DNA of 63,913 bases, filler included, from Piptocephalis cylindrospora (lineage: Eukaryota), in the NCBI GenBank assembly GCA_003614145.1. It is 15 parts of 15 records of this genome, joined end to end, with 100 filler letters (N's around TTAATTAATTAA, not from the genome) between each part and the next. Parts side by side here need not be neighbours in the genome. Positions count along the whole stretch, not along the records: positions 1 to 4,231 come from KZ988553.1; positions 4,332 to 8,558 come from KZ988554.1; positions 8,659 to 12,879 come from KZ988555.1; 12 more parts are not named here. One strand, written 5' to 3'. How positions within the stretch are numbered: the first letter of the stretch is position 1; each line of letters starts with the position of its first letter. Under the pieces are notes generated by a model. It worked only from the letters and a program-made list of their open reading frames with translations, searched no databases and was not told the origin of the DNA. A program made the position numbers and the translations under genes. Below, piece by piece: positions 1-12,979 of this stretch.

Positions 1-201
1 AAGAGGGGCTTTGAAAGGGGTTTTTGATAATGTGGGATGATGAAAGGATATTTAGAGTTGAACGGATTTGATGCTTACATGTACGCTTTTCTGGTGGGAA
101 GAAATCACACTGCATTATTATCACGTAAAAAGCGCATATACACAGACACGCACCTGTCTCACCATCATTGATCCATTGCTAGGTTAGACGGCATCAGTGA
201 C

Positions 202-1260
202 TTAATTCTCAAGAACATAACGGAAATGGGCTTTGGCGGCACGCATGTCCTCGAGGGCGGCGTTGACATCGGACATGGGGCGTTTCTCGACCCAGACACG
301 GACTTTCTTCTTGGCGGCAAGCTTGAGCATTTCCTGGATATTGCTGGGGGACCCGATGAGGGAAGTGATGATGGAAATGTTGCGCTCACACATGGCCCAG
401 GGAGGAAAGCCATCGTAGGTCCCGTTGGGGAGACCGACGAGGAGGATCTTACCACCGGTGTTCATGAGGGAGACGAGGTCGGCAAAGTTGGTGGAGCGGG
501 AGACGACAGTGACGAGAAGGACGTCGATGGAGCGGTTGGCCTTCTTGATCTGCTCAGGATCATTGACCAGGAGGTAACGGTCGGCACCGAGCTCACTGGC
601 ATCGGGCTTGGCGGCCTCATCGATGGAGATGGCGGTGACATGATCGGCACCCATGGCCTTGGCCCATTGGATACCGAGATGGCCGAGGCCGCCGACACCG
701 ACGACACCGACGCTCATGCCCTTTTTGACACCGGCCTCCTTGAGGGGCATATATGTGGTAACTCCGGCGCAGAAGAGGGGGGCAGCCGAGGCCGAGTCAA
801 TGGCATCGGGGACAGGGATGGCAAAGTGGAAGGGGACACGGATGTAGTCGGCATAGCCGCCCTGGGACCGGGCGCCGTCGCTGAAGACACCGTTGTAGGT
901 CATGACGGAGGCCTCACGACAGTAGTTCTCCTTGTTACTCTTGCACTCGGGACATTTGCCGCAAGAGTCAGATTGACAGCCGACACCGACGCGCTGACCG
1001 ACCTTGAGACCCTTAACGTTCTTGCCCACGCGGACGATTTCCCCGACGATCTCGTGACCGGCGACGATGGGATAAGTAGTGTTGTCCCAGCCGCACTCGA
1101 GGGTATGGACATCAGTGCCGCAAATACCGCAATGGGTGATGCGGATATCAATGTCTCCTTCCTCGAAGGGCTTGGGGGTATAGGACCACTGGACGAGGTC
1201 CTTGTCCTTGGCCATGGCGGCCCAACCGGTGAATTTTTCAGGGATGGTGTTGGCTGGCAT
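202..1260 (-). CDS. Zn-dependent NADP(H) alcohol dehydrogenase, cinnamyl-ADH/ADH6-like (copy 1)
   Basis: 352 aa intronless ORF with CGICGTD, GHEIVGE, structural Zn CxxCxxCx7C and Rossmann GVGGLG motifs. Confidence 0.95.
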   Translation of the reverse strand: MPANTIPEKFTGWAAMAKDKDLVQWSYTPKPFEEGDIDIRITHCGICGTDVHTLECGWDNTTYPIVAGHEIVGEIVRVGKNVKGLKVGQRVGVGCQSDSCGKCPECKSNKENYCREASVMTYNGVFSDGARSQGGYADYIRVPFHFAIPVPDAIDSASAAPLFCAGVTTYMPLKEAGVKKGMSVGVVGVGGLGHLGIQWAKAMGADHVTAISIDEAAKPDASELGADRYLLVNDPEQIKKANRSIDVLLVTVVSRSTNFADLVSLMNTGGKILLVGLPNGTYDGFPPWAMCERNISIITSLIGSPSNIQEMLKLAAKKKVRVWVEKRPMSDVNAALEDMRAAKAHFRYVLEN

Positions 1261-2050
1261 GATAATGATTGGAGCTTACGGGCGGGATGGGTGGTTTTCA
1301 AAGCCTAAGATGTGGGGCAGAGTGGGATGGAAGGGGGAGGTGATGGGTAAAAGTGATGGGTGGGAGAGAGAGGCGCTGGTTGAGGCTTTATAGCTTTCTC
1401 TTTAGGTGAAGGAAATACTGGATGAATATCTACTGACAGCAATTTCCTTTTCGAGAAAGACGGAATGCTAATGTATTATTAATGGAATATCGAATAGGAA
1501 TTGGAGGAGACAATGATGTACCTTGATTTGATTTCCTACTCGATACTGGGGAATGGGCGCATGCTTTGAAGGCTTTTGGCGAGGACACGACATGATTATG
1601 AGGCTAGACCCAAGGTATGGGGCAAGGTGGTCAAGGCATACACAACCTCCTAGTCACAGACACGTATGGTTCATTCATCCTATTATACGCATTGCTTTGT
1701 ATACTAATAAAAGACGAGGGGGACGGGGGTCATCATGTCCATGCCCTAGGATGAGACCTAATGGTTTGGTGGTTTATGACGGGCAGATCACTTTCCCGCA
1801 CTCAGCAAATATAGGGAAGGTGTGCTTGCGAATGGGGGTGGTGTGGAAAGGGGGATGAACAAAGTCGTCAATGTGAGATATGTCATAGTGATGCCACTTC
1901 TCCAAATTATTAATCAATCATAATCATTATTCAATAACCAGGCGACTATATTTAGTTGCAGCAGCCCAGTCTCGACCGCATTTCCTCCTCGAAGAAGCAA
2001 TAATGTAGATAAGAAGTAAAGAAAGTGACCAACACATGAGCACACAGAGT

Positions 2051-3109
2051 CTAGTTCTCCAGGACATACCGGTACCGAGCCTTGCCATCCCGGAATTCTT
2101 CAAGGACTCTATTGACCTTGGACATGGGCCGACGTTCATACCAAACCCGGACGCCCTTATCCGCAGCGACTTGCAGCATTTCCATGGTATCCTTGGGGGA
2201 GCCAATAAGGGAGCCGATCATGGCGATACGCCTGGAGGCCAGAGTCATGGGAGGGATACCGGAAAGAGGTTCTTCGGGAAGACCGACGAGCATGATGCGG
2301 CCGCCGGTACGCATGAGGGAAAGCAGATCGCTCCAGTTGGTGCGGCTACCCGAGGCAGCGACAAGCATCACATCTAGGGTACGGTTAGCGTCCTTGACGC
2401 TGTCGACATCGGAGAGAGCAAGAAATTCGGTGGCCCCAAGCTTCTCGGCATCCTCGCGCTTGCGATCGCTGTGGGAGATGGCCACGACCTTCTTGGCATC
2501 CAGAGCACGGGCCCACTGGAGCCCCAGATGACCGAGGCCCCCGATACCCACGACACCCACGGTGGTGTCAGGGCCTACCCCAGCGGCACGAAGGGGCAAG
2601 TAGGTGGTGATACCGGCGCAGAAGAGGGAAGCAGCAGCATCCGAGTCCAAGTGTTCCGGGACAGGGAAGACCCAGTGACTAGGAACACGAATGTAGTCGG
2701 CATAACCACCTTGGGATCTGGAGCCGTCGGCGTAGGTGGCATTATAGGTGCCGGTGGCCTTACCACTGCAGTAGTTCTCCTCGTCCCGAAGGCACTCCTC
2801 GCACTGGTTGCATGATCCGGACCGGGCGCCTACACCAACCCGCTGGCCTACCTTGAGATCCTTCACCTCCGAGCCCACACGAATGACCTCCCCAACGATT
2901 TCATGACCGACAATGACCGGGTAAGTGGTGGGGCCCCAGCCCGAGTCCAAGGTGTGGACGTCGCTTCCGCAAACACCACAATGGCTGATCTTGATATCAA
3001 CATCAGTGGGCTCAAATGGCTTGGGGGTGTAGGACCAGGGCTCCAGGGCCTGGCCCTTACCCTTGGAGGCCCAGCCGGTAAATTGGTCAGGGACGCTGTT
3101 GGACGGCAT
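2051..3109 (-). CDS. Zn-dependent NADP(H) alcohol dehydrogenase, cinnamyl-ADH/ADH6-like (copy 2, tandem paralog)
   Basis: 352 aa, same motifs (CGVCGSD, GHEIVGE, GIGGLG), colinear with copy 1 and ending in the same RYVLEN. Confidence 0.95.
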   Translation of the reverse strand: MPSNSVPDQFTGWASKGKGQALEPWSYTPKPFEPTDVDIKISHCGVCGSDVHTLDSGWGPTTYPVIVGHEIVGEVIRVGSEVKDLKVGQRVGVGARSGSCNQCEECLRDEENYCSGKATGTYNATYADGSRSQGGYADYIRVPSHWVFPVPEHLDSDAAASLFCAGITTYLPLRAAGVGPDTTVGVVGIGGLGHLGLQWARALDAKKVVAISHSDRKREDAEKLGATEFLALSDVDSVKDANRTLDVMLVAASGSRTNWSDLLSLMRTGGRIMLVGLPEEPLSGIPPMTLASRRIAMIGSLIGSPKDTMEMLQVAADKGVRVWYERRPMSKVNRVLEEFRDGKARYRYVLEN

Positions 3110-3333
3110 AATGATAATACTATTGAAGGGAGAGGAAAGTTGCTAGAAGAGGATGCTGAGAGGGGGAATGGTGATATTGAGATGTAGCTCCCATTTCCCA
3201 ATGCGCCTGTTCATGGTCTCTTTATATAACCATCGACCTCTCTGCGGAGAAAAAAAAGAGATTCCGGTGTCTGGAAGATGAATGGATAAAGATGCAATAA
3301 GGAAGGCATTCTGCCAAGATGCTTGGCTGGGCC

Positions 3334-3383
3334 GTTCGTCACCTTATGTAAGCCCTGTTCGTCCGTCAGCTTATGTAAGCCTT
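3334..3383. promoter_or_regulatory. Duplicated module with two TTATGTAA bZIP-type sites upstream of ADH copy 2
   Basis: CTTATGTAAGCC occurs twice, 27 bp apart (TTATGTAA at 3344 and 3371), about 240 bp upstream of the minus-strand start at 3109. Confidence 0.4.
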
Positions 3384-4231
3384 GTCCATCCCGGCAAGGA
3401 GCTCAGAGACAGGTTCAGATTTGCCCCGTGTAGAAAGGAAGAACTCAGGAGCACAAATGTTGTTATTGACAGGTGGTCCAATAGGGCGTGATGCTGGGCT
3501 CACTGAACCTTGGGGACCCTCTTCCCCCCTTCCTAAACTATGTGCAGATCTGATGTAAGAGTCGGAGGACGAGGAGACCGTGGTGTGATACTAGAGAAGT
3601 TGAGAGACATGGATCAGGCAAGAAATCGAGGTTTGTCACACACCTACACGACGCACACGACATCGTGCAACCACGTTCCCATAAGGGGGGGGGGAATACG
3701 CGTTATATTTTCATACCGCATGAGCCTCTTCTTAATGGGCAGGTAAGGCAGTAAGCGAATACAAGAGGACAGTGATGGCTTGGGACGGAACATGTTTACT
3801 ACTGCAAATACCGACCTTATGCCAGGGTGAGATGCTGTGTAAAGATTGGATGATGGTACTATACCACTACAAGTGGCACAGACACACAGATGCACACACA
3901 TTTTGACTATGCAATATAATGGGATTTAAATCACATCAATCGTCGTGTAATCTCGAGATGTTGAGATAATGACGTTTCTAGGGGCTACGGAGACAGAAGT
4001 ATCCTTTTGTCGTCGTTTTATTTCACAATTCAATTCACAGTTCATTATCTAGCATAATAAAAATAATTTATTCTTCTTCCATTCCGACACATGCATGCAT
4101 CATCCGAACCTTTTGTCTCTCCAATACACACTCACTATCTGTTCACTCCATCTCTCTCATACACATACTCAAGAACCTTGGCCCTTTCCTTAACCTTCCA
4201 GTCCTAACCCTGATCCTGCTCACACTCTCAT

Positions 4232-4331
4232 NNNNNNNNNNNNNNNNNNNNNNNNNNNNNNNNNNNNNNNNNNNNTTAATTAATTAANNNNNNNNNNNNN
4301 NNNNNNNNNNNNNNNNNNNNNNNNNNNNNNN
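4232..4331. other. Artificial contig linker N44-TTAATTAATTAA-N44. It recurs at ~8559, 12880, 17189, 21490, 25777, 30063, 34344, 38624, 42900, 47049, 51308, 55454 and 59691.
   Basis: Identical 100-nt spacer with stops in all six frames; genes are truncated at these points. Confidence 0.98.
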
Positions 4332-4504
4332 CCCCCCCCCCCCCCTCCCTACTCTCCCCCATACCCCCTCTCCTCCCTTACCCTTTACCCTTGAAGGAGT
4401 CTGACCTACTAAAAAAAGGACGGGGCTCCCTGGTCAGCCTTATCTCCTCCATCTCCACTTCTCCATCTCCCCTCCCATCTTGCTCACTGTTCCAAATAGA
4501 TAGC

Positions 4505-5320
4505 ATGCCGCTTACTGTTACGGTCTTTCCCCGGAAAAAAGGCCAGGAATCCACGGTGAAGGGAGAGGGACCATCTTCTGCCACACCAGTCTCCCTCCTC
4601 TTGGCAACCCTTCTGTCCCCTACTCTACTCCCAGCGTGCATCAAGTTCCTCAAGGTATCTGACGGTCGGGACAAGACCATGAAGCTGGTGCAGTACACTC
4701 TCAAGCTTCTTCTCCTGAGCCATCTGCGCTCCTCAAAGCACAAGGTCCTCCGTACCCGTCTCTCGGCTCTCGTTTCCTCCTTCTCTACCACCCGGAAGAT
4801 CCTACGTCTTGCTCATGTTATCGAGCCCATAGAAGAACTACGGGACACATGGGTCACCGGCCGACCCCAGGGTTTAGGGAGATATGCCCTTACCCGGTGG
4901 TATCTAGGATCTCTATCCGCCTTCCTGGGCGTATGGAATGATCTTTTTGACGACATCTACTGTCTGGCCAAGATCAAGGTTCTCTCCGGCCGTGCCGGCG
5001 ACTGGGCTGAACGTCCATCCCTCTACTGCTGGATGGCCTCTACTATCTTGGAAATCCATGAGAACGTGGCTCAGCAACACGATCTATCCCGTCGTATCCA
5101 TCACCTCCCCAAGTTTGCTTCTGAGGACGATGAGGAAAGGGCCAAGCTCGAAGGGAAGCTCTACTGGCTTCGTATCTCCTTGGTCAAATTCCTGTGCGAT
5201 GGCTTCTTCTGCGGCTATGACCTGGCCAACGCCTCATGGAGTGAACGTGCCTACATTACCTCAGGCTGGTTAAGTGGAATCATGAGCACCTACAAACTCT
5301 GGGTCAAGACAAACGGTTAA
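4505..5320 (+). CDS. PEX11: Peroxisomal biogenesis factor 11 family protein
   Basis: DGRDKTMKLVQY and FSTTRKILRL motifs plus a C-terminal hydrophobic segment (GWLSGIMSTYKLW). First ATG is at 4505. Confidence 0.88.
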   Translation: MPLTVTVFPRKKGQESTVKGEGPSSATPVSLLLATLLSPTLLPACIKFLKVSDGRDKTMKLVQYTLKLLLLSHLRSSKHKVLRTRLSALVSSFSTTRKILRLAHVIEPIEELRDTWVTGRPQGLGRYALTRWYLGSLSAFLGVWNDLFDDIYCLAKIKVLSGRAGDWAERPSLYCWMASTILEIHENVAQQHDLSRRIHHLPKFASEDDEERAKLEGKLYWLRISLVKFLCDGFFCGYDLANASWSERAYITSGWLSGIMSTYKLWVKTNG

Positions 5321-5686
5321 TATTCATCCTCATCAAAGACACTTATGCCTTTTGATATCTTGAGAGGGGGATACCCACCCCTTTGACACTATCTACTCTA
5401 TCATATGCTTTTAATGTATTGTTTAATTCTTAGTTTTCTATGTATAAAAATTAAGTTGACAGTAGCTGCGCTCTATGAAGTAAGCGTTCTCTAATCAGTG
5501 AGAGTTGAGAAGCATTAAATTGTTCAATGCTTATAATAGTGTGATCAGTGAGGAATATCTTGGTTTAAGTATTTATTCAGCCTTGATATTTCGGTGTATC
5601 TTCAGCAATGTCATGTTTAGTGGGGTATCATCGGATTTTTCTTTTTATCATACGGTCAAGTAAATATCTTATATTCAAAAAATATC

Positions 5687-5759
5687 GCCCGGCTAGCTCA
5701 ATCGGTAGAGCGTGAGACTCTTAATCTCAAGGCTGCGGGTTCGACCCCCGCGTTGGGCT
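5687..5759 (+). tRNA. tRNA-Lys(CTT)
   Basis: 73-nt cloverleaf GCCCGGC...GTTGGGC, anticodon arm TGAGA-CTCTTAA-TCTCA, T-loop GGTTCGACCC, T-rich tract downstream. Confidence 0.97.
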
Positions 5760-5956
5760 TAATTTTTTACATTTTCATGCTTACAAAAATATTTTCAGTG
5801 GCCATAGTAGGAAGGGTATTGTTTCATAGGATGAAATGGAAGGGGGGCATTGGCGCGAATGCAACCATACTTTACTCTTTATTACACACACAGTCAACAT
5901 GACTAAACACCCCTTACTATCTTGAGTGAGATTATTCCACTCGAAGAAAGTTGGCC

Positions 5957-8485
5957 TCAATCCAGGGCAATGGCATTATCCCAATCGCTCCCAGGGGCTG
6001 CTTGCGTATGAGTTTGATTCGACGGATGAGGACTGAAAGAGGAGGGCGAAGTGACGGCTATAATATGGTTATATACAAAGGATGAGTGAATGGAAGGCCC
6101 TAAAAGACAGGCACATTCTCTTCTTAAACCTACCAGGTTGGTTGGGAGAAAGATCACCAAGTGCAGCATACATCTCCTGGGAAAGAGCATCATTCCCAAT
6201 AGGAATCTGTGATTGACCCCTTTCCTCCTTCGCCATCTTTCGGGGACGTTCTTTTACCCTCGCCTCGGCGTCATCTACCATCTCTGTTCGCATAGTCGTC
6301 CCTGCTACCTCTGTCGCCTCCTCTTCATCATCCAAGATGATGATAGATGGTTGCTGACCAGGGGTGGAGTGATGATCTGACCAACGTCGTTTCTTCCCAC
6401 GATCCACGCTGACATTGTTATCCCCTCCATCCTCATCAAAAATGGAGGCTGCATCGGAATTTTGCTCAGAGTCTGCACTGATCACAGAGTTATCTGCTCG
6501 GACAATGCATTCCGTGCTCTTGGGGAATGTCACGAGATAGTGACGATATTGTCGGTCAAGGTACAAATCCTTGACTGGGGCATCCACCCGGCAGACAGGG
6601 CACTTGGGTACCATGAGCTTTTCATTGGCCTCCACATACATCTATGTGAGGGAGATATGAATGGGTAAAAGATACCATAAAATCTCACCCCATGCTCCCT
6701 TCAACTGTCGTTGAACCTACCTGAATGTCAAAGCACTGCCTGTGTCTACACCTTTTACTCTTTCCTGGATACTTCATGCGCACGAGTGAAAGGGGACATT
6801 TGAGGCTGACAACCTCATCTCCAACTTCCACATCATCCTCATCTAGGGTTCGAAAAAGTACAAGGAGGTAAAGTTAGCTAGGAAACTAAAAAGGTAGCAT
6901 GAATATGTGCTTTTCCCCCCCATTAAATCCTACTTTTCGTTGAAGAACTAGGATTTATGTAGGGAGCTTGCTCGAATCGCTTCATCAACTGTCCAATTGA
7001 CATCTTCTCCTCGATAGAAAGACCTGCTGCTTTAATGCTACGATGAATTACGTCGGTCAGGACCCCTAAAGGACGCCGACGACGACCGACGCACACGGCA
7101 ATGTATCCATTGTGTAGGAAGGAGGCAAAGGAGCAATTCACCGTTATATCTAACTGTGGGGTCGAGGGAGGAAGGGGGGCATCCGAGTAGGTGGGGAGAA
7201 GATGGGTAATATCGGCAAATTGACATTCCTGTCGGCGTAGACCCTAGTGTATGGTGACATTGAAGGTGAGATAAGAAAAGCGGACCCTGATCAAAAGGGA
7301 GCGATAGCCCCCTTCCTCCTCTTGCTTCATATTGCAAAAACCTACCGGTTGGAGAGTAACCGTTTCCCCACGAAAGTTCGAGGTAGCTACAGCCCCAGGC
7401 CCGCATCCACTGTGCTGACCCTTCCCGCTCAGGAGACAGACGAATAGACGACGCTTCTTCTTCACTTCATCCCCAAGAGGGTGTGCACGAAGAAATGCAT
7501 CCCGTATAGCGGTTTGGGAAAGGCGAAGGGAAAAGACGGTTCGTCGTTGACTTTTGGGGACATGCTGGGAGGAAATGCATGACTCTAAGCGAAAACTAGG
7601 GGGAAAGGCCTGTTTCAGCGCCTGAAGAGGAGTGAGGGCCTTGCATACTTTGGGAGAGTCCCGCTGAGGTTCAGAGGACCGAGGGGCCTGTCGTTGCTGG
7701 GTATGAGAAAAGGTGGACTTGGCCCGGCTATACCGGATACCAACGGCCTCGCACGTCATCCGCACCAAGTCTTCCTTGAGCAGGCCATGGCGCCAAGAAA
7801 CCGGGAATCCCATAGGTTGCAGTTCAAGGAGGATAGCATTTAAGTGCCGAACCAACAGTCTTCGGATAGAATTTTCATCCTATGATGGCGAGAGCAATTG
7901 GGAAGGAAGTAAGATATGAGTGATCAATGAAGAGAAGGCCATGTTGCAGCGGTAGCACCCTCCCTTAGTGCTCTTGTGTCAGACACACCTCCGTTCCCGC
8001 ACGTAAAGTTGTACCTCAAGAAAGGTGTTTGGATCCATGCGATCAACACAAGCATTGGTAAAGAGATGCCATCTTTGCTCGGATGTAAGCCTGGAAGATG
8101 ATTTTGGCTGAGGTCCGGAGGAGCGTGAAGTAGAGTGGGATGTGGCTTGACCATTATTAGGATGGACAACTATTGGGGAAGCCCTCATGGTTGAGTTGGA
8201 TATGGAAGGCATAGTGTCCCGGGGACCTTGGGCCTGGTTAGTCGCTGTCATCGAGGGCATAGAGGAATGGATCGGGGGCACCGGTGATCCTGGCGCCATT
8301 GAAGAGGAATGGCGCGAAGAAGAAACGGTTGAAACGCCAGCCAGATGTGTGGGGGGAGTCATAGAGGTGTGGGAAGAGCGAGAATCTACAATAGGTGTGG
8401 CGGTCGTGGTGGTCATCGAAGAGGAAGAAGCGGGGGCACCCGATCCAATCGCCATCCGATACAAGTCCTGCCAAGGGTTGGCCAC
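5957..8485 (-). CDS. SP-RING (MIZ) zinc-finger SUMO E3 ligase, Siz/PIAS-like; multi-exon, start uncertain
   Basis: The exon at ~6720-6843 reads EVVSLKCPLSLVRMKYPGKSKRCRHRQCFDIQ and the next exon reads PKCPVC...LYLD, together forming an SP-RING. SIM-like IIILDDEEE follows. A final intron at ~6058-6133 joins an exon ending at 5957. Confidence 0.82.
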
Positions 8486-9640
8486 GTAGCCCGAGAATGC
8501 GTGAAAGGGTAAGGGAGGAGAGGGGGTATGGGGGAGAGTAGGGAGGGGGGGGGGGGGGNNNNNNNNNNNNNNNNNNNNNNNNNNNNNNNNNNNNNNNNNN
8601 NNTTAATTAATTAANNNNNNNNNNNNNNNNNNNNNNNNNNNNNNNNNNNNNNNNNNNNGGGGGCACCCCCTCGCCAGTTTGGTTTGCTTGGGAGGGCGAG
8701 AACATAGATGGGCCCCCAGGAAGAAGGGGAGAAATACTGCCCTCGGTCTCATCCCCCGCCCCAGCCCCAGACCCGGTGGGCCCACCGTTAGAGGCTCGCC
8801 CTGCCCTTCCTCTTCCCCCCCCCCCCCCTTCCCCTTCCCCCCCCCCCCATTTTTTTTTTTCCCCCCCCCCCCCCCCCCTAGATCCAGCAGGATCAAGAGG
8901 GCGCCGGTGTTGCCAAGCATGTCGATCCTGATGCTCCCCAGGCCTGTCTGGGACATTGACTGGGTGTAGATGTCGGAGTGGAGATGATGCGGGTTTTAGA
9001 TTGAATGTCCGATTTCCATTTCGGTGACCCCCCGCCCGTTCCGCACACATTGAATGGCGTTAGATCCCAACTTGGACCCTTCATCCCCCCACAGATACTG
9101 GTCATAGCTGGATGGGCCAACCGTGTCATGGTTGCCTTTCACGTTGTTTTATCCACGACACTTGCTCTTTCCATTGGATTGGTTGGTTACTAGTTGATCT
9201 TCCTGATGACACAAGGGAAGTGTCTCCCATTCTTGAGCCTTACCATGCTACATCAAGCTAAAAGCCCACCACAGACAAATAGAATGGACAGTATCAGACG
9301 GGTAATCTTTCATACATACGACGCGCCAAAACTAATAGAGACCATACCAGCCTCTTTTTACTTGCATTACAAACGTCAAGAATGCCTTGATGAATCAAGA
9401 ATTATATATAGGAAAAAGTGAGGATACCCTTCATATCCCAACTCAATCTTGGTTCATCTATCCTCCCAGTTCTCACATTGCTCTCCATTCTGCCATGATT
9501 GCAGCAGATCCAAAAATGATCCCCGTCCTCCATCCGTGTATGATACATGCTGGTATGGCGTTTGGACCATGTTGACATGGGATCCGGGTCATTAATCGGC
9601 CCCCTTCACTCTCTCTCATGATTAGATGATTCGTTGTAGC

Positions 9641-11634
9641 CTACACCATGGGAGGATCCTTCTCGGGTGGTTCGGGTACTCGCTGATCCGCTTCCCGTCC
9701 ACCTTTTTCTTTTACGACAAATGCCAAGGCCTCATCCATGATCACATCAACATCCGCTACTGTATCCGCGCCTGTATCCACCTCCTTCTCCAAGGGCTTC
9801 CCATTGAGGGAATGGCCATTGGATAAGAAGGGAGGAGCAGGAACGGCAGCGGGCTCTTCAATCCCGGTTCCATCCCGGAACTTTTCCTTCCATGTCCCTC
9901 CTAGTGCCTCAGTCACCGAGGTTATCTTAGGATCCTCCGGGAGACGCTCATAGAAAAGGATGTACGGGTTCTCCCGTAGTACTTGCTGTAAACTCACACG
10001 ATCCACCCGGGAATCGCTCACTCGCCACCACACTTCCTCCCCAGTGGCCCCGTCCCCGTGGATGCCACGACGGAAAGCCACGTAATGTCCATCCTCATGA
10101 GATCCGTAATGGACAATGACCGATGTGAGCCGGTACCGGATGGGTCTTGAGGAGGGAGGGGACATGGTAGACCGAGCCGTAGTTCTCAGGGTCCCCGAGG
10201 TCATGTAGGGTGCCAGGTCCAGAGTGGCGGGGAAGGTGACTAGGGCGTTATTCTTGAGGATGTGGCCGTACGAGGAAAATGTGGATCTGGCGAGATGAAG
10301 ACATAGGGATGGGGGGGCTTGAGCAATCAGACTTTGCTTGGTGGACAGACGACTCCGACCCGGTTCCATCTTGATCCCGGGTAGCTCCATGGCCGGATTG
10401 GTTTTTAATGCTAATCTAACCCGACTAGCACGGTCTTCAACCTCTCGTCGTACCTTCTTGGGTAGACCGGGCTTCTGGGATCGTTCCTCCAGCCAGGTCA
10501 AGGTGGCAGTCAGTGAGCATCTACGACATCTTGCATCTTCCAACGGCTCCAATCGCACATAATCCTGTAAGCACTCCCCCAGCGTAGCTTGATACTGCAG
10601 GAGGGTGAAGGGAGGAATGATTAGTACCGCGTAAATGTCGCTGAAAAGGACGAAAACCAGAAAATTACCGTGGATGGGATATTGCAAGAAAGATTATCAA
10701 AGGTGAAGTGTCGAATAGCCTCGGTGTAATCACATGTCGTACAGGCCAGACGAGAGGCGAGCAGGCCAATGAAGGGAGATCGTACCTCCCTCTCCCCCTC
10801 GAGCGAATTTTCTCGGTTTTCCTCGATCATCTCTGCCTTCTCCCCAGTTGCCCCCTCCAGAACCAGCCTACTCTTCCATGACCCCGTATGAACGCGTGAG
10901 GGAGGGGGCATGCATAAAAGGTCGGTGAGGCCAGAAATATGAGAGGGCTGACACTGATCGCACTCAGTTCCGAGAGCCGAGGAAAGAATCTGATAAAATT
11001 CCTGTGCGTCCTGTTGATCCGCATTGAGGATGTGATTATCCGGGCCAAAGGCCTGGATCAACAGCGTGGGGAGGAGCGATCGGTTGGATGTGGGTTCGTT
11101 GATCTCCGTCAATAGGTCAGCCAATGCCTGGGTCACAGGAGCTTCCGCCTCATCCTCCACATACATGGCCTGATGTGCATCGGCCCTTTCCGACACTTGA
11201 TCCAAGTATTTCAAGAATTTTGGGCAAGCAGCCAAGGACTATACGAGGGGATGAGTGAACAGATGCGCGTGGTTCCCCCTTTTTTCGGAAACCTCTCACT
11301 ACAGATGACCCACCTGAAGGGTAGAATTAATAAAGCAGGAGTTTCCCGTGTTGATCAGACCGCATGGCGCATCTCCAAAAACACGCTTCCTCTCACCGCT
11401 CCCCGAGCCCTTAGCAGCAAGCTCCCGACGACGGGCCCGACGTTGACGCGCAGCCACACTCAAAGACTCCCCCAACCACCAGCTATCCAACCAACCTTTC
11501 AGGGACCATAGCGACTGTGTGGCCATGCCCAGGAGATGTGAGGGGGTGTAGGCAGTGAGGAGGAGAACGACGACAAGGGCAGTGAAGATCTGAGTGAGGT
11601 AGGTCAAGGTAGCCAAGAGAGCCTCAGATTGCAT
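9641..11634 (-). CDS. Ubiquitin C-terminal hydrolase (USP/peptidase C19) with N-terminal membrane anchor, USP30/Ubp16-like; 3 exons
   Basis: Cys box GLINTGNSCFINSTLQ, QQDAQEF and His box HYGSHEDGHY. In-frame GT-AG introns at 11239-11313 and 10595-10668. Confidence 0.92.
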
Positions 11635-12979
11635 TGGCTAGGGGAGCGAGAGAAAGATCGGGAGAAGGAAAGAGGGGGGAGGGGAGGAGAGGGGAGGGAA
11701 GGGGATCTTGGTCGAAGAGATATGGGCTGAATCCGTGAGGAAAGGCTTTAGGAGGCTGTGCGAGAGAAAGTGGGTTACCGGCAATGGGATACTGAACTGG
11801 GATCTGGTGAGGCAAGTCCGAGGGCGAGAGAGTTAGGGAGGGGGACTGTATCACGGAACGAAGAAAGGGGAGTTTCCTTGAACACAGGAGCCTTTGAAGA
11901 GAGGAGAAAGAAGAAGGATAGGCATTCTCCACAGGAAAGGCTCTAGTCGTCCATCCTCTTGCCGCTTTAGCAACAACAGGCCCTTGCTAGAGAAAGGATG
12001 GTCTCTGCTTGAGACGCGAGGGTGGCTGTGTATGCTCCGCCCTTTCCTCTCCCTAAGCCCAGGATATGTCCAGCCTGTCAGCAGACACGGACAAGCTGCT
12101 CCCCATCCCATTATTTCAAGGACACATACATGCACACACGTACACACATACATTACATCCCAGCCTAGCTATTATTATTATGGCCTTGTTTTGGCCCTGT
12201 GGCCTCCCCCCCAATCACATTATTATCATTTATTTCCCCAGCTAAAATGAAAACGGCCAAAAAACTTCAGTTTGACTCAAAAAAGATCTATCGATTGCCT
12301 TTCATTCACTTCCCATCCCCAACTCTCCTCCGCAATTGCCCAAGCCAATCAGAACGGCCTATTCCGCTCCTCTCCTGCCTTCTCACTCTCACTCACAGTA
12401 CAGGACAAAGGGAACGAAAGAAGGAGGTATTGAAGTATGCGCCCGCATTATAGAAAGGCTACCCATTGCTTATTACCTTTAAGCGCATAGTCCAGCCACC
12501 ACCGCCTGTGTAAGCCTCCCTCCCGGCAATGTCCACAGTATGGATATTTCGTCGATGACTCTCATAACAACCCCCCCACCCGAGGGCAAGGCCGCAAGCT
12601 TATGCCTTCTTTCCCTAATGTGCACTACTTGGAATTAGCGTGAAAACACCCTTAGACCCTCGTCTTCCTAAAAGGCTCCCACTGCCCCCTAACTTCCCGC
12701 TTTCTTCCTTAACTTCCCACCCGCTCACTCTCCTTGTACCGACCCTTCCCCTTCATATTCCTCCTTCCCTCCCTTCCTCCCTCCCTTCCTTCCCCTTTCC
12801 TCATCCCTTTTCTCTCCTTTCCTCCCTCTTTGGATCCATCAAGTCCACGACGCCACACCCTTCCCGACGAGGATCTGTCNNNNNNNNNNNNNNNNNNNNN
12901 NNNNNNNNNNNNNNNNNNNNNNNTTAATTAATTAANNNNNNNNNNNNNNNNNNNNNNNNNNNNNNNNNNNNNNNNNNNN

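Noticed and set aside
226..1308. Long antisense ORFs over ADH, NHP6, COX6, HDAC and the Reeler gene
   Set aside because: Shadow frames caused by C-ending codon bias; no recognisable protein features.
8659..9575. Short overlapping ORFs at the contig start
   Set aside because: No recognisable motif in any frame, and partly built from homopolymer noise.
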